A DNA stretch of 64,000 nucleotides from positions 2,175 through 66,174 of the forward strand of contig CAZEOI010000006.1 in the NCBI GenBank assembly GCA_964513775.1, in the 5' to 3' direction. This document shows positions 47,428-57,878 of this stretch, piece after piece. The notes below the pieces were generated by a model, which was not told the origin of the DNA, did no database searches, and worked only from the letters and a program-made list of their open reading frames with translations. The DNA comes from an uncultured Sangeribacter sp. (GTDB lineage: Bacteria; Bacteroidota; Bacteroidia; Bacteroidales; Muribaculaceae). Numbering within the stretch: the stretch's first letter is position 1; the number at the start of each line of letters is the position of its first letter. A program made the translations under genes and the position numbers.

Positions 47428-50400
47428 TTATGATGTCACGGCCAACTTGTTGGTCTTCGTAACGACATGTCCTTCCGGAGTGGTTACGGTAGAACGATAG
47501 AGGTAGATGCCGCGTGGCACACGTCGTCCGTTGTTGTCGCGAAGATCCCAGCGATAACTCAAGCTGTTCATACTCTCTGAGAACCCGGAGGTCTGAGTCG
47601 ACCATAACAATTTGCCGCCTAAGTCAAAGACTTCCAGCTTGCATGGCATTTGTCCGACAGATCCATCCACTGAAATAAGGAAATTCACAGAGGTGGAGGC
47701 CGGGTTCACATCGGTGGATAGTTCGGTTATGCCCGGTTTCCAATCGGCTCTCACTGTGAAGGAGAGGATGGATGATGAAGAGTTGTTGGCATTGTCCCAT
47801 ACCGTAAGAGTGAGGGTATGGTCGCCGGGCTCTATCCCTTGGAGAGGATATGAGAGCTTACCCTTTTCGAAAGATTCAATGTCGGGAGAATAATAGAGAT
47901 TGAGATCCTCGTGCCACTCCTTGCCATCTATCGATAGAGTCATCCTGTGGCCTATGCCACCTTCCGATAGATTTATGCCTGATTCATCGGAAAGAGTCGC
48001 ATATACCACCGGGTTGGGACCAATCGAGCTTCCCTCTCTGAATCCCGGTTCGTTAAGATAGAAATCTGTTATCGCCGGGCCTTCATTGTCGTCGATTGCC
48101 GAGGTGTCGAAGCCATAGACGTAGAGACGTTCAAGAGATCCGTTGGCCTCTTCACCCTCTTCATTCATGGCATAAAGGGAGAAGAGGGCAGGGCTGTAGT
48201 TGTTTTCGATCTCAGAGGGCATTATGAACTCCGTCTCCCAACGGCCATTCTTCACAGTGGTGCGTCCGGTGTAGAGTCGGGTTTTTCGATCGTTGTAGGT
48301 GGAGATTTCGCCATCCTCTCCGTTTCCATATGTCTCGATCACCTTCTCTGCGTCGTATAGCTGAATGTCGACAGTGCCGTTGAAATCTTCGGCAACCGCT
48401 CCGGCTTTGTCGGTCACGCAGCCGGAGAGTGTCACGCGTGAACGGGCTTTAAGTTCCGGATAGTCATCGGAATCTGTGGAGACTCCGTTTATACCGTCGA
48501 TCATCACCTTATAACCGGGATAAGGAAGACGCATTGAAGGGTCGCCCATGAAGGCATAACGCAGTTTATTGGTGTCGCCCGAACTGTCGTTCTTACCGTT
48601 TATCATGATCTCCCCAAGCCTTAGAGGGAGTCCGTCGGCACCGCGTTTGAACATCCACGACGCTGTATAGGCATTCAGGGTGCCGTTGGCTGAGATATAC
48701 ACCTTACGGCTGGGACATATCATCCCGATCACGCCTGCCTCCGGGTTGAGCCACATCTCCTCTGCGCCGCTCACCTCATCCGCATCCCATTGAAGAAAGT
48801 TGCAGGTGGCTGCATAGAGAAAGGGGAGATTCCGGTTGCTCATCGAGGTGATGTCGGTCCATGTAAGAAGATTCTCATGGCCCCAGCTCCTTGTGTTGGC
48901 ATGGCCGATATAATCTATCAGGCTCACACCCTCCGCTATCTTATCCATCATGCGCTGTTTGGCTTCGGGATATACGGCTCCTTGGCCGGAGTAGCCGAGG
49001 GGATAGGCATCGAGATAAAGCTTTTCGTAAACAAGATCTGCGCCATTCTCACTCATCTGCATATTCTGAATCACAGTCTCCGCCTGTTTCAGATGTTGGG
49101 CTTTATCCTGATCATCGGCAATCACCATCACATTGTTGCGCCAATTGCCGAGATTCGGTGAGAGAAGATACTTCTCAAGTTTTGCTATCGCATTCTCAGC
49201 CTCCGCCACACTTTTAACGGGCATACGTCCTACGGCCACACGTATCTTCGCGCTCCCCATATTGAGCGAGCCTTCCTGATCGTCGAGCATACCGATGTAA
49301 TCGTCGGTGGAGTAGGAACCGGCCTCTGTGAAAATGCCGGGTTCCTGCCATATCGGAATACGTGGGTATCCCGCACGCTTTACAACAGGGGTCTGTAGTT
49401 TGTTGTCGTAGGTGGGACGGCTGAAGAGAAGGCAAAACGCGGTATAGTCGCCGGGATTTCCTCCGGCTCTATCATACCACATCTTGAGCAGACGGCGGAA
49501 GGCAGTGACATCGGGTGTGCCGGATGAAAATTCATTATACACCTCTTCGGGCGAAACTACCGTAACTTTCAGACCATCTGAGGCGGCATGGATATCGGCC
49601 AACTTCTGAGCCTGTGTGCGGAATTGCTCGGGAGCCACAACCAACATGCCGGGAGCCTCCATGGCGTGAAGGTTCTGATTGCGGACAATGCCGGCTCCCG
49701 TGGCCATACGTGTCACTCGTGAGGGATTAAAAGCCACATAGTTGCGTGCGCCCCCCGGGGTGACAAATCTGTAGGATCCTGAATTATCCTTGTGCAGAGT
49801 TACTGACAACGGTTTCACCGGATCGGTGACATCCCATAGCACAGTAGATTCTGAACAATCCTGAAGAACCACCTCGGAAGCCACGGCCGGGGATAGACGG
49901 AAATATAGCTCCTCGTTGTGCAGACGCAATTCACGGGGATACGTCACCTCTATGTAATCGAGTGCCGCCGTGAAAAGTGTGCCGGAGTTTGTATAGGCCA
50001 CTTCAATTGCCAATCGTTCCTCGGCTTCGGGCAGCGAAAGTGTGCAGCTGGAGCGGTTGAGAAATATATCGGAATTGCTTATGCCCGGAATGTTCATGGA
50101 TGTTGAGGCTGAGCCGTTGCCGGTGACTTTCACAGTGGAGGTGCCGTTTGAAACTTTCGCTCCGAAGAGTGTGGTCACGGTGGCATTTCCGGTATTGTCT
50201 GTCAGTTGGAAATTAAACGTGCGGTTGCGTTGGGTGCGGAAATCCTCACCCAATATCACTCGCCCTGAGTTGGAAGGGGCCAGGATATCCTGTTCATGCA
50301 CCAGACATTCGGTGAAGGTGCTTATAATTTCTGATGAACGCGCATCCAAATCTTCACGTGCCACAGCAGTGGGGCGCTCCGCATCACGGTCGCTGATGAA

Positions 50401-50838
50401 ATAGTATGAGCAGTCGGAATATGGATTGGCAACATGGGTGTAGGTCCCTCTCGACGATAGCTGCCAGTCGATTGAGGAATGGCCGAAGAAAACTATACCG
50501 GAAGGGGTGCGCAGGGAGACAACCACGGGGAGATCGTCAGGTGTGGATGTGTCAAGTCGCTCCGGAAGCATTCGTCCCCCGTAGCCATATACGTTTACTT
50601 TGTCGGGATTGGAGAATCCCAACGATTTGAGAGTGGTGTTGCTGATGAATTGCATCCCTGTTTCTTTCACCTCGACTTTCACCCATCTCCCCTCTGCCAG
50701 AACTGAGGAGGGTGCGAAATATCCCGGGTCGAGAGCCCATGAGGATAGAGTGGTTAAAATAAGGGATATGAATGACAGGTAGAAGTGTTTCAGATTCACG
50801 TGTATATGGTTTGGTACTTTGAAAAGAGATGGAACCAT
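47428..50838 (-). CDS. porU: Type IX secretion system sortase PorU (peptidase C25 family)
   Basis: SVLAEGRWVKV, IYNEFSSG-like VYNEFSSGTPD, DDYIG, VGRMPV, YIGH, ATC, LGDP-like MGDPS; true start may be 50799. Confidence 0.92.
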   Translation of the reverse strand: MVPSLFKVPNHIHVNLKHFYLSFISLILTTLSSWALDPGYFAPSSVLAEGRWVKVEVKETGMQFISNTTLKSLGFSNPDKVNVYGYGGRMLPERLDTSTPDDLPVVVSLRTPSGIVFFGHSSIDWQLSSRGTYTHVANPYSDCSYYFISDRDAERPTAVAREDLDARSSEIISTFTECLVHEQDILAPSNSGRVILGEDFRTQRNRTFNFQLTDNTGNATVTTLFGAKVSNGTSTVKVTGNGSASTSMNIPGISNSDIFLNRSSCTLSLPEAEERLAIEVAYTNSGTLFTAALDYIEVTYPRELRLHNEELYFRLSPAVASEVVLQDCSESTVLWDVTDPVKPLSVTLHKDNSGSYRFVTPGGARNYVAFNPSRVTRMATGAGIVRNQNLHAMEAPGMLVVAPEQFRTQAQKLADIHAASDGLKVTVVSPEEVYNEFSSGTPDVTAFRRLLKMWYDRAGGNPGDYTAFCLLFSRPTYDNKLQTPVVKRAGYPRIPIWQEPGIFTEAGSYSTDDYIGMLDDQEGSLNMGSAKIRVAVGRMPVKSVAEAENAIAKLEKYLLSPNLGNWRNNVMVIADDQDKAQHLKQAETVIQNMQMSENGADLVYEKLYLDAYPLGYSGQGAVYPEAKQRMMDKIAEGVSLIDYIGHANTRSWGHENLLTWTDITSMSNRNLPFLYAATCNFLQWDADEVSGAEEMWLNPEAGVIGMICPSRKVYISANGTLNAYTASWMFKRGADGLPLRLGEIMINGKNDSSGDTNKLRYAFMGDPSMRLPYPGYKVMIDGINGVSTDSDDYPELKARSRVTLSGCVTDKAGAVAEDFNGTVDIQLYDAEKVIETYGNGEDGEISTYNDRKTRLYTGRTTVKNGRWETEFIMPSEIENNYSPALFSLYAMNEEGEEANGSLERLYVYGFDTSAIDDNEGPAITDFYLNEPGFREGSSIGPNPVVYATLSDESGINLSEGGIGHRMTLSIDGKEWHEDLNLYYSPDIESFEKGKLSYPLQGIEPGDHTLTLTVWDNANNSSSSILSFTVRADWKPGITELSTDVNPASTSVNFLISVDGSVGQMPCKLEVFDLGGKLLWSTQTSGFSESMNSLSYRWDLRDNNGRRVPRGIYLYRSTVTTPEGHVVTKTNKLAVTS

Positions 50839-50927
50839 AGGAGCCGTTAAATGCTCCTCATTTCATATAACGTAGATTATCCCTTGCTTATTGCTATGTA
50901 GCAACTGCTTATCTGAATACGTGCAGA

Positions 50928-51677
50928 TTATTGTGTGGTATAGGGCCATAGGGAGCCATTCAGATAGCTCTCCCATTCCTCTCGGCTGCCGCAGAAAGCA
51001 TCCATGTCTACATCCCCTTTTATGCCGTCCACCCTGCCCCGATGGTTGAACTGCCAGAATGTCCACTCGGCATGTATGGGATTTTCCGAGAAACCACAGA
51101 TCCACAGTGGATGGCCCGGAAATGTTTCGGCTAAATAGTCGTAATATCCCTCACGGTTGGTGTAGAACATCACCCTATGGCCGAGAAGATTGAGATAATC
51201 CACCATCTCTATCAGGCGTCGGTTGATCACCTCAGGTGGAATTGTGTCGGGATTGCCGGCCTTCTCGACGTCAATCACGAAGCCTAATTCCGGCTGACGG
51301 CTGCCTACGGTGCGCATGAAATTGAGAGCCTGCTCCACACCGTCACGGTCAAAGCGGAAGTAGTGATACACCCCCTTCTTCAGTCCTGCCTTTGAAGCCT
51401 TGTCGTAGTTTACGCGGAAGTTGCGGTCTTTGAAATCGCCACCCTCCGTAGCCTTGATGAATACGAAGTCAATTCCGGATGCCGCCGCTTTATGGAGATC
51501 CACATCTCCGTTGTGGGCCGAAATGTCGATTCCTCTCACTGGATATTTCTCCGGATCCACATAGGGAGGAGTATGCAGGAATGAATTGTAGGCCCATATC
51601 GCCGCAAAGACGAGCAACAGGCATACTAAAAGGAATATACCTGCCACAAGAATGTCTTTGAGTGGGCGATTCAGCAT
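50928..51677 (-). CDS. Membrane-anchored GH25 lysozyme/muramidase
   Basis: GIDISAHNG, FIKATEG, GVYHYF, IDVE, FWQF, VDMD. Confidence 0.92.
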   Translation of the reverse strand: MLNRPLKDILVAGIFLLVCLLLVFAAIWAYNSFLHTPPYVDPEKYPVRGIDISAHNGDVDLHKAAASGIDFVFIKATEGGDFKDRNFRVNYDKASKAGLKKGVYHYFRFDRDGVEQALNFMRTVGSRQPELGFVIDVEKAGNPDTIPPEVINRRLIEMVDYLNLLGHRVMFYTNREGYYDYLAETFPGHPLWICGFSENPIHAEWTFWQFNHRGRVDGIKGDVDMDAFCGSREEWESYLNGSLWPYTTQ

Positions 51678-51698
51678 GATTGTTAGGATTTTGGATTA

Positions 51699-52919
51699 TT
51701 ATTCAAGTATGGCGGCTGCCCGTTGAAGTGCTGTTATGAACGCATCGGCCTCTTCGAAAGTGTTGTAGACTGCGAAGGAGGCTCTGACTGTGCCGGGTAT
51801 ATCGAGCCTCTCCATAAGGGGCATGGCGCAGTGATGCCCTGTGCGCACCTCCACACCTTGTTTGTCGAGCAACATCCCGACATCGTATGGGTGACTTCTC
51901 CCGACAAGGAACGACAGCACTGCGCTTTTGCCGGGGGCCGTGCCATATATCCTGACGCCCGGAATCTCCATCATGCGACGTGTGGTGTAGTCCAGGAGTT
52001 CATGTTCATGTTCTGCTATACGTTCCATTCCGACCTCCTCTATGAATTCGATCCCTTTCGATAGGGCGGCGATCCCTACGAAGTCGGGAGTTCCCGCTTC
52101 GAACTTGAATGGTAGCTCTGCGAAGGTGGTGTGCTCGAAGGTTACTTTTGCAATCATCTCTCCCCCTCCCTGATAGGGGGGCATCTCCTCAAGCAGATCT
52201 CTCCTTCCGTAGAGCACTCCTATCCCTGTGGGTCCATACATCTTGTGGGAAGAGAACACATAGAAGTCGCAGCCGATATCTCTCACATCGATCTTCATAT
52301 GAGGCGATGCCTGGGCGCCATCGACAAGCACGGCCACACCTTTGGAGTGAGCATAATCGGTCATCTCCTTCACAGGATTGACCGTTCCGAGCACATTGCT
52401 GACGTGGCAGAATGAGGCCATCACCGTGCGTTCATTGAAGAGTGATCTGTATTGGTCAAGGTCAAGCTCCCCGCTATCGTTGATATCCACCACGCGGATC
52501 ACAATCCCCGTGCGTTCGCGAAGAAGCTGCCAGGGCACGATGTTGGCGTGGTGTTCCATCACTGTGAGGATAATCTCGTCACCCTTTTTGAAACGGCTGC
52601 CAAAAGAGGAAGCCACAAGATTGATACCCTCCGTCGTGCCTCGCGTGAAGATCACCTCCTCCGTAGATTCGGCATTGATATATTTTCTGATCTGTTCACG
52701 GGTGTGCTCCTGCAGATCGGTCATCTCCTGCGAGAGTGTGTGCACTCCACGATGCACATTGGCTTTTTCGTGGGTATAGATACGCTGAATCTCATCCACC
52801 ACGCGTTGTGGTGTCTGAGACGTAGCTGTGTTGTCGAGGTATATCATCGGTTTCCCGGCCACTTTACGGCTGAGAATCGGAAATTCCTCCCTTATCTTGA
52901 GAACTTCTTCTTTAGTCAT
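51699..52919 (-). CDS. sufS: Cysteine desulfurase, SufS type
   Basis: YLDNTATSQ, EHHANIVPW, SSHKMYGP, RTGHHCA. Confidence 0.95.
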   Translation of the reverse strand: MTKEEVLKIREEFPILSRKVAGKPMIYLDNTATSQTPQRVVDEIQRIYTHEKANVHRGVHTLSQEMTDLQEHTREQIRKYINAESTEEVIFTRGTTEGINLVASSFGSRFKKGDEIILTVMEHHANIVPWQLLRERTGIVIRVVDINDSGELDLDQYRSLFNERTVMASFCHVSNVLGTVNPVKEMTDYAHSKGVAVLVDGAQASPHMKIDVRDIGCDFYVFSSHKMYGPTGIGVLYGRRDLLEEMPPYQGGGEMIAKVTFEHTTFAELPFKFEAGTPDFVGIAALSKGIEFIEEVGMERIAEHEHELLDYTTRRMMEIPGVRIYGTAPGKSAVLSFLVGRSHPYDVGMLLDKQGVEVRTGHHCAMPLMERLDIPGTVRASFAVYNTFEEADAFITALQRAAAILE

Positions 52920-52922
52920 CTT

Positions 52923-54287
52923 TCAATCATTTTTGTTGGATTGCGCGCAACCCGACTGGCATGAGCTGCAGCTCGGATCGGCTCCTGCGAATCGGCGTTC
53001 CACGAGCATATGCAGGCGGTCTTTGAGAGCCGGAAGGCGCACGCCGTCGATCACGTCGGCCATGAAAGCCTGCTTGAGCAGCAGTTTCGCTGTAGCTTCG
53101 GGAATACCTCTGGTGCGCATGTAGAACACCTGCATCTCATCAAGCTGACCTGTGGCAGAGCCGTGGCTGCATTTCACGTCGTCGTTGTATATCTCAAATT
53201 GAGGCTTGGAATACATTCTGGCCGTGTCGCTGCCCACGATGTTACGGTTGCTCTGATACGCCTCCGTCTTGTCGGCTCCCGGATTCACGAGTATAAGACC
53301 TGCGAAAGCTCCGCTTGCATCATCGTCTACCACATATTTAAACATCTCATCGGTCTTGCAGTCGGGATTGGCATGAACAATCCTGGAGTAGGTGTCGAGA
53401 TGGCGGCTACGGTCTTCTATGCCCATACCCAAAAGCTTCAGATCGGCATGACTTCCCTCGAAGCGTGTGTGATATTCATTACGGGTGGTGCCGTTGTAAA
53501 GGGTAATCCCGTCTGCCAGCACTTGGCTTCCCTCTTCCTGACGTAGATAGAGAGCACTCAGGCGGTTGGTCTTTTCCGACGATTCCTCCAGATCATAGAA
53601 GTCGATGCAAGAGTTTTTCCCGGCGTAAATCTCCACAGTGGAGAGTGCGAGAAATTCCACTTCGCAGTTCTGCGTATGGTCGCAGGTGAGTATTTTGACT
53701 TCTGCATCCTCCTCGGCGATTACAAGGATTCTGCGCACTGCCATAAGTGGAGCTCCGTTCTGAAGGATATTTACGATCTGGATAGGTTTCTCAACCTTTA
53801 CCCCCCTCTTTACCCTGATGGCAATACCATCTTGGCAGAGAAGTGTGTCGAGGGCTACGATGGGATTATTTATGTCGGCTGCTTTGCCATAATATTTCAC
53901 AGCCTCATCAGGAAACTCTGTCGCGAATCTCTTGAGGCTTCCTGCATAGACACCTTCCGGTAGCCCCTCTTGCGAACGATAGGTGTCGGCGTAGATGTCA
54001 TTTACAAGAAGGAACAGTGAGGTGGAGAGAGAGGGCACACCGCAATGAAACGATAAGCCCGGATTCACGTCGATCGGCACTCTGGCTATGTTGACCCCGT
54101 AGTCGGGTGCCAACATTGCGTTCAGGTCGGTAGTCTCGTAATTCTCACTCCCTTTTGGCGGGAGCTTGGTCGATTCGAGCACCTTCATAGCCTCCTCACG
54201 CCGGCCGTTTATAATCTCGGCGCTATTAAGGTCTATAAGGTCGGCATGCTCCTTATAAAGTTCGATATATTGAGTTAATGCATTCAT
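52923..54287 (-). CDS. sufD: Fe-S cluster assembly protein SufD
   Basis: KPQFEIYNDDVKCSHG, FYMRTRGI; start MNALTQY. Confidence 0.93.
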   Translation of the reverse strand: MNALTQYIELYKEHADLIDLNSAEIINGRREEAMKVLESTKLPPKGSENYETTDLNAMLAPDYGVNIARVPIDVNPGLSFHCGVPSLSTSLFLLVNDIYADTYRSQEGLPEGVYAGSLKRFATEFPDEAVKYYGKAADINNPIVALDTLLCQDGIAIRVKRGVKVEKPIQIVNILQNGAPLMAVRRILVIAEEDAEVKILTCDHTQNCEVEFLALSTVEIYAGKNSCIDFYDLEESSEKTNRLSALYLRQEEGSQVLADGITLYNGTTRNEYHTRFEGSHADLKLLGMGIEDRSRHLDTYSRIVHANPDCKTDEMFKYVVDDDASGAFAGLILVNPGADKTEAYQSNRNIVGSDTARMYSKPQFEIYNDDVKCSHGSATGQLDEMQVFYMRTRGIPEATAKLLLKQAFMADVIDGVRLPALKDRLHMLVERRFAGADPSCSSCQSGCAQSNKND

Positions 54288-54330
54288 CTTTTCAAATGTT
54301 TCAATTCTCTTTTTGAAGTTGCCTGCAACT

Positions 54331-55083
54331 TCATTCATCGATCTGACGTTTGATCCAGTCATAGCCTCGCTCTTCGAGTTCGAGCGCGAGTTCCGGCCCC
54401 CCTGTCATCACGATGCGTCCTTTATAAAGAATATGTACGAAATCGGGTTTGATATAGTCGAGCAGACGCTGATAGTGTGTTATGACTATAGTGGCGTTCT
54501 TCTCGGTTTTCAGTTTGTTGACACCCTCTGCCACAATGCGCAGTGCATCGATGTCAAGACCGGAGTCTGTCTCGTCGAGGATGGATAGCTTCGGCTCAAG
54601 CACAGCCATCTGGAAAATCTCGTTACGTTTCTTCTCACCCCCTGAGAAGCCTTCATTCACTGAGCGCGAAGCGAGTTTATTGTCGAGTTCCACAATGGCT
54701 CTCTTCTCTCGCATCATCTTCAGAAAGTCGGTGGCGCTCATGGGGGGCTCTCCGAAATATTCACGCTTGGCGTTGACTGCCGCACGCATGAAATTCACCA
54801 TCGACACGCCCGGAATCTCCACGGGATACTGGAACCCGAGGAATACTCCCTCATGGCTTCTTACCTCCGGGGGCATCGCAAGGAGATCTTTGCCTGCGAA
54901 TTCAGCCTCTCCTCCGGTGACCTCGTAAGCCGGATTTCCGGCAAGCACCATCGACAAGGTGGATTTGCCGGAGCCGTTTGGCCCCATTATGGCGTGCACT
55001 TCTCCCGGATTAACCTCCAAGTTGATCCCTTTCAATATCTCTTTCCCATTTATCTGGGCGTGTAGGTCTTTGACTTTGAGCAT
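54331..55083 (-). CDS. sufC: Fe-S cluster assembly ATPase SufC
   Basis: GPNGSGKST, FQYPVEIPG, GFSGGEKKR, LDETDSGLD. Confidence 0.97.
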   Translation of the reverse strand: MLKVKDLHAQINGKEILKGINLEVNPGEVHAIMGPNGSGKSTLSMVLAGNPAYEVTGGEAEFAGKDLLAMPPEVRSHEGVFLGFQYPVEIPGVSMVNFMRAAVNAKREYFGEPPMSATDFLKMMREKRAIVELDNKLASRSVNEGFSGGEKKRNEIFQMAVLEPKLSILDETDSGLDIDALRIVAEGVNKLKTEKNATIVITHYQRLLDYIKPDFVHILYKGRIVMTGGPELALELEERGYDWIKRQIDE

Positions 55084-55103
55084 TTCTTATAATGTTTTAT
55101 CTG

Positions 55104-55724
55104 TTAAGCCGCATCACACGGCATTGGGCCATGCCCGCTTTCTGTTATAACAAGCGGCATGGGTGTTATGTTGTGGCTTATCTTCTTGGCCTCGCGCAAT
55201 TGCAGGAGGTGGGCAAGGTCGTGGACGCTCCCGCAACCCAATAGGCCGGGAGCGAGGAGCATCACGCTCTCCACCACGTTGCCGTCGTCGGCATTGGCAT
55301 ATTTCAGGAGAGGTGACGTCGGATTCACACACAACAGAAGATTATAGACTATCGAGAGCATCAGCATATACTTCACCAATGAGAAGATCCCTCCTAATAT
55401 GGAGTCGAGCATACCCACGTAAAACACCTGCATGGCACTTCGAAGCACTTGTGTGAAGGTCTTGAATGTAACATATACTATGCAGTAGATACTCACCGAG
55501 GCGAGCACACTGTAGATAAACGCCCCTCCGGCTGCCCGGCGCACACCGGGCAACAAGGAACGGAATATCTCCTCGGCATCTGCCTCGAATACGTGGGCAC
55601 ACACTGTGCCAAAGGCAAATCCCAGCACTCCTGAGATTTGCCCTGTAAATCCTATTCGGAATCCTTTGATCACAGCATAGGCCGCAACCATAATTACTAT
55701 TAGATGATAGCCTGTCTCACTCAT
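55104..55724 (-). CDS. CvpA family membrane protein
   Basis: KGFRIGF..Q, LDSILGGIFS motif, about 4 TM segments. Confidence 0.8.
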   Translation of the reverse strand: MSETGYHLIVIMVAAYAVIKGFRIGFTGQISGVLGFAFGTVCAHVFEADAEEIFRSLLPGVRRAAGGAFIYSVLASVSIYCIVYVTFKTFTQVLRSAMQVFYVGMLDSILGGIFSLVKYMLMLSIVYNLLLCVNPTSPLLKYANADDGNVVESVMLLAPGLLGCGSVHDLAHLLQLREAKKISHNITPMPLVITESGHGPMPCDAA

Positions 55725-55735
55725 AGGCTCTCCTG

Positions 55736-56602
55736 TCAGTGTTTTGCCTTATATGGCTGTTTGGGTAGTTCCTCGGCAAATTTGTCGGGAAATGTCCAGT
55801 GTTGGCGTGGATGGCTCATGGCCCATATCACCAGGCCTACTCCCAGTAGAATAAAGGGGATGCTCAGCATCTGGCCAAGGTTCATGCCATAACGGGCGAT
55901 CATCTCATATTCCGACTCCACCTGCACGTTTTTCACATATTCTATAAGGAATCGCGGAAGGAAGATGCCGATGAAGAAAATGCCGGTGATGAGATATGGC
56001 CGCTCCTCGGCGTTGCGCTTCCAATACATCCACATGAGCACCCAGAAGAGCACGAAATAGCAGGCTGCCTCATAAATCTGGGTGGGATGTTTGGCCACTG
56101 TCTCCCCGTTGCGAAGGTAGATGAAGCCCCAGGGAAGATCGGTCGGGCCGCCGTAGATCTCGCTGTTCATAAGGTTGCCGAGGCGTATCAGACAGCCCAC
56201 GAGTGCTATGGCTATCACAAGTTTGTCAAAAGTCCACGATGCGGGCTTCTTGGTGACAAACCATGAGAAGAGAAACACGGCGATGATGTTGGCTATCGTG
56301 CCTCCATGACTGGCAAGGCCGCCGTTCCATATCTTCAGGATCTCGCCGGGATGTTGCGAGTAATAATCCCATTCATAGAAGAAAACGTGGCCGAGGCGTG
56401 AGCCTACTATCGTGGCCACCACTACATAAGCGAGGAGTATGCCGAGCCATTTCTCGGGGGCGCCTTCGTGGCGGAACATCCGGGCCACAATGTTGTAGCC
56501 CAGGATGAATCCGACTGCGAAAGCAAGACCATACCATCTTACGGATATCGGCCCGAGGCTGAAGAGAATCGGGTCGGCATTCCAGGTTATGAAATCAAGC
56601 AT
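55736..56602 (-). CDS. lgt: Prolipoprotein diacylglyceryl transferase
   Basis: VRWYG, GGLASHGG, IRLGNLMNSE, HPTQIYE, GQMLSIP. Confidence 0.96.
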   Translation of the reverse strand: MLDFITWNADPILFSLGPISVRWYGLAFAVGFILGYNIVARMFRHEGAPEKWLGILLAYVVVATIVGSRLGHVFFYEWDYYSQHPGEILKIWNGGLASHGGTIANIIAVFLFSWFVTKKPASWTFDKLVIAIALVGCLIRLGNLMNSEIYGGPTDLPWGFIYLRNGETVAKHPTQIYEAACYFVLFWVLMWMYWKRNAEERPYLITGIFFIGIFLPRFLIEYVKNVQVESEYEMIARYGMNLGQMLSIPFILLGVGLVIWAMSHPRQHWTFPDKFAEELPKQPYKAKH

Positions 56603-56657
56603 ATTTATTGTTTATGGTTTTTATAGAATGATGTCGGGAGGAGAGCTACACACCGGC

Positions 56658-57848
56658 TCAGACGAGAGCGGCTGTATCCTGAGCGATCATCATCTCTTCA
56701 TCGGTGGGGATCACCACTACGTGTACTTTCGAATCGGCACCGGAGATCTCGATCTCCTCGCCGCGCACCTTGTTGGCCTCTGCATTGAATGTGACGCCCA
56801 TGAAGGCAAGCTGCTTGCAGATACGCTCACGGGTGCCTGTCTGGTTTTCACCTACGCCCCCTGTGAAGACGATGATATCCACCCCTCCGAGCACCGCTGT
56901 GTAAGCGCCGATATATTTCAGGATGCGATATTCATACATGTCAAGAGCGAGAATTGCCTTCTCGTTGCCGGCTTCTACGGCTGCTTCTATGTCGCGCATG
57001 TCGCTTGAAAGCTCGGTCACGCCAGCCATGCCGCTGCGTTTGTTGATGAGTTTGCTCACTCCGGCCGCGTCAAGACCCTCCTGCTCCATTAGATACACGA
57101 TAGCGCCCGGATCTACATCGCCTGAGCGAGTGCCCATCATGAGGCCCTCAGTAGGGGTAAGACCCATTGAGGTGTCTACACTCTTTCCATCTTTGATGGC
57201 TGTGATGCTGGCGCCGTTGCCGATATGGCAGGTGATGATGCGCTGTTTCTCATAGTCAAGTCCGAGGAACTCGCACGCACGGCGTGACACATAGCGGTGG
57301 CTCGTGCCATGGAAGCCATAACGACGAACGCCATATTTCTCATATGCCTCGTAGGGTAGGGCATACATGAATGCCTTGGCTGGCATGGTCTGATGGAAAG
57401 CTGTGTCAAACACAGCCACCTGTGGCACGTCGGGAAGAATTGAGCTTATCGCCTCGATGCCGGTCACGTTGGCCGGATTGTGAAGGGGTGCCACGGGATA
57501 ACATTCCTTGACCTTCTCGACAACTTCGGGGGTGATCACCACCGACTTGTTGAAGTATTCCATGCCATGCACCACGCGGTGGCCCACAGCCTGGATCTCA
57601 TCATAGCTCTTGATTACCCCCTCTTTGGGATCGGTGAGAATCTCAAGCACATTCTTAACGGCCTCTTTTGCAGTGGGCATCTCTACCTTGATCTCACCCT
57701 TGGTGCCGTCGGGACGCTTGAATTTTAGGAAAGAATCGGGCAGACCGATCTTTTCGACGCCACCTTCGGCGAGCACCTTCTTGTCGTCGGAGTCAATGAG
57801 TTTGTATTTCACGCTGCTGCTGCCGCAGTTGAGCACAAGTATCTTCAT
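56658..57848 (-). CDS. ackA: Acetate kinase
   Basis: LNCGSSS, GHRVVHG, PLHNP, YGFHGTSH, FTGGVGEN, PTDEE. Confidence 0.97.
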   Translation of the reverse strand: MKILVLNCGSSSVKYKLIDSDDKKVLAEGGVEKIGLPDSFLKFKRPDGTKGEIKVEMPTAKEAVKNVLEILTDPKEGVIKSYDEIQAVGHRVVHGMEYFNKSVVITPEVVEKVKECYPVAPLHNPANVTGIEAISSILPDVPQVAVFDTAFHQTMPAKAFMYALPYEAYEKYGVRRYGFHGTSHRYVSRRACEFLGLDYEKQRIITCHIGNGASITAIKDGKSVDTSMGLTPTEGLMMGTRSGDVDPGAIVYLMEQEGLDAAGVSKLINKRSGMAGVTELSSDMRDIEAAVEAGNEKAILALDMYEYRILKYIGAYTAVLGGVDIIVFTGGVGENQTGTRERICKQLAFMGVTFNAEANKVRGEEIEISGADSKVHVVVIPTDEEMMIAQDTAALV

Positions 57849-57878
57849 AATCTATATTATCTGAGATGTTGGTTTTTA

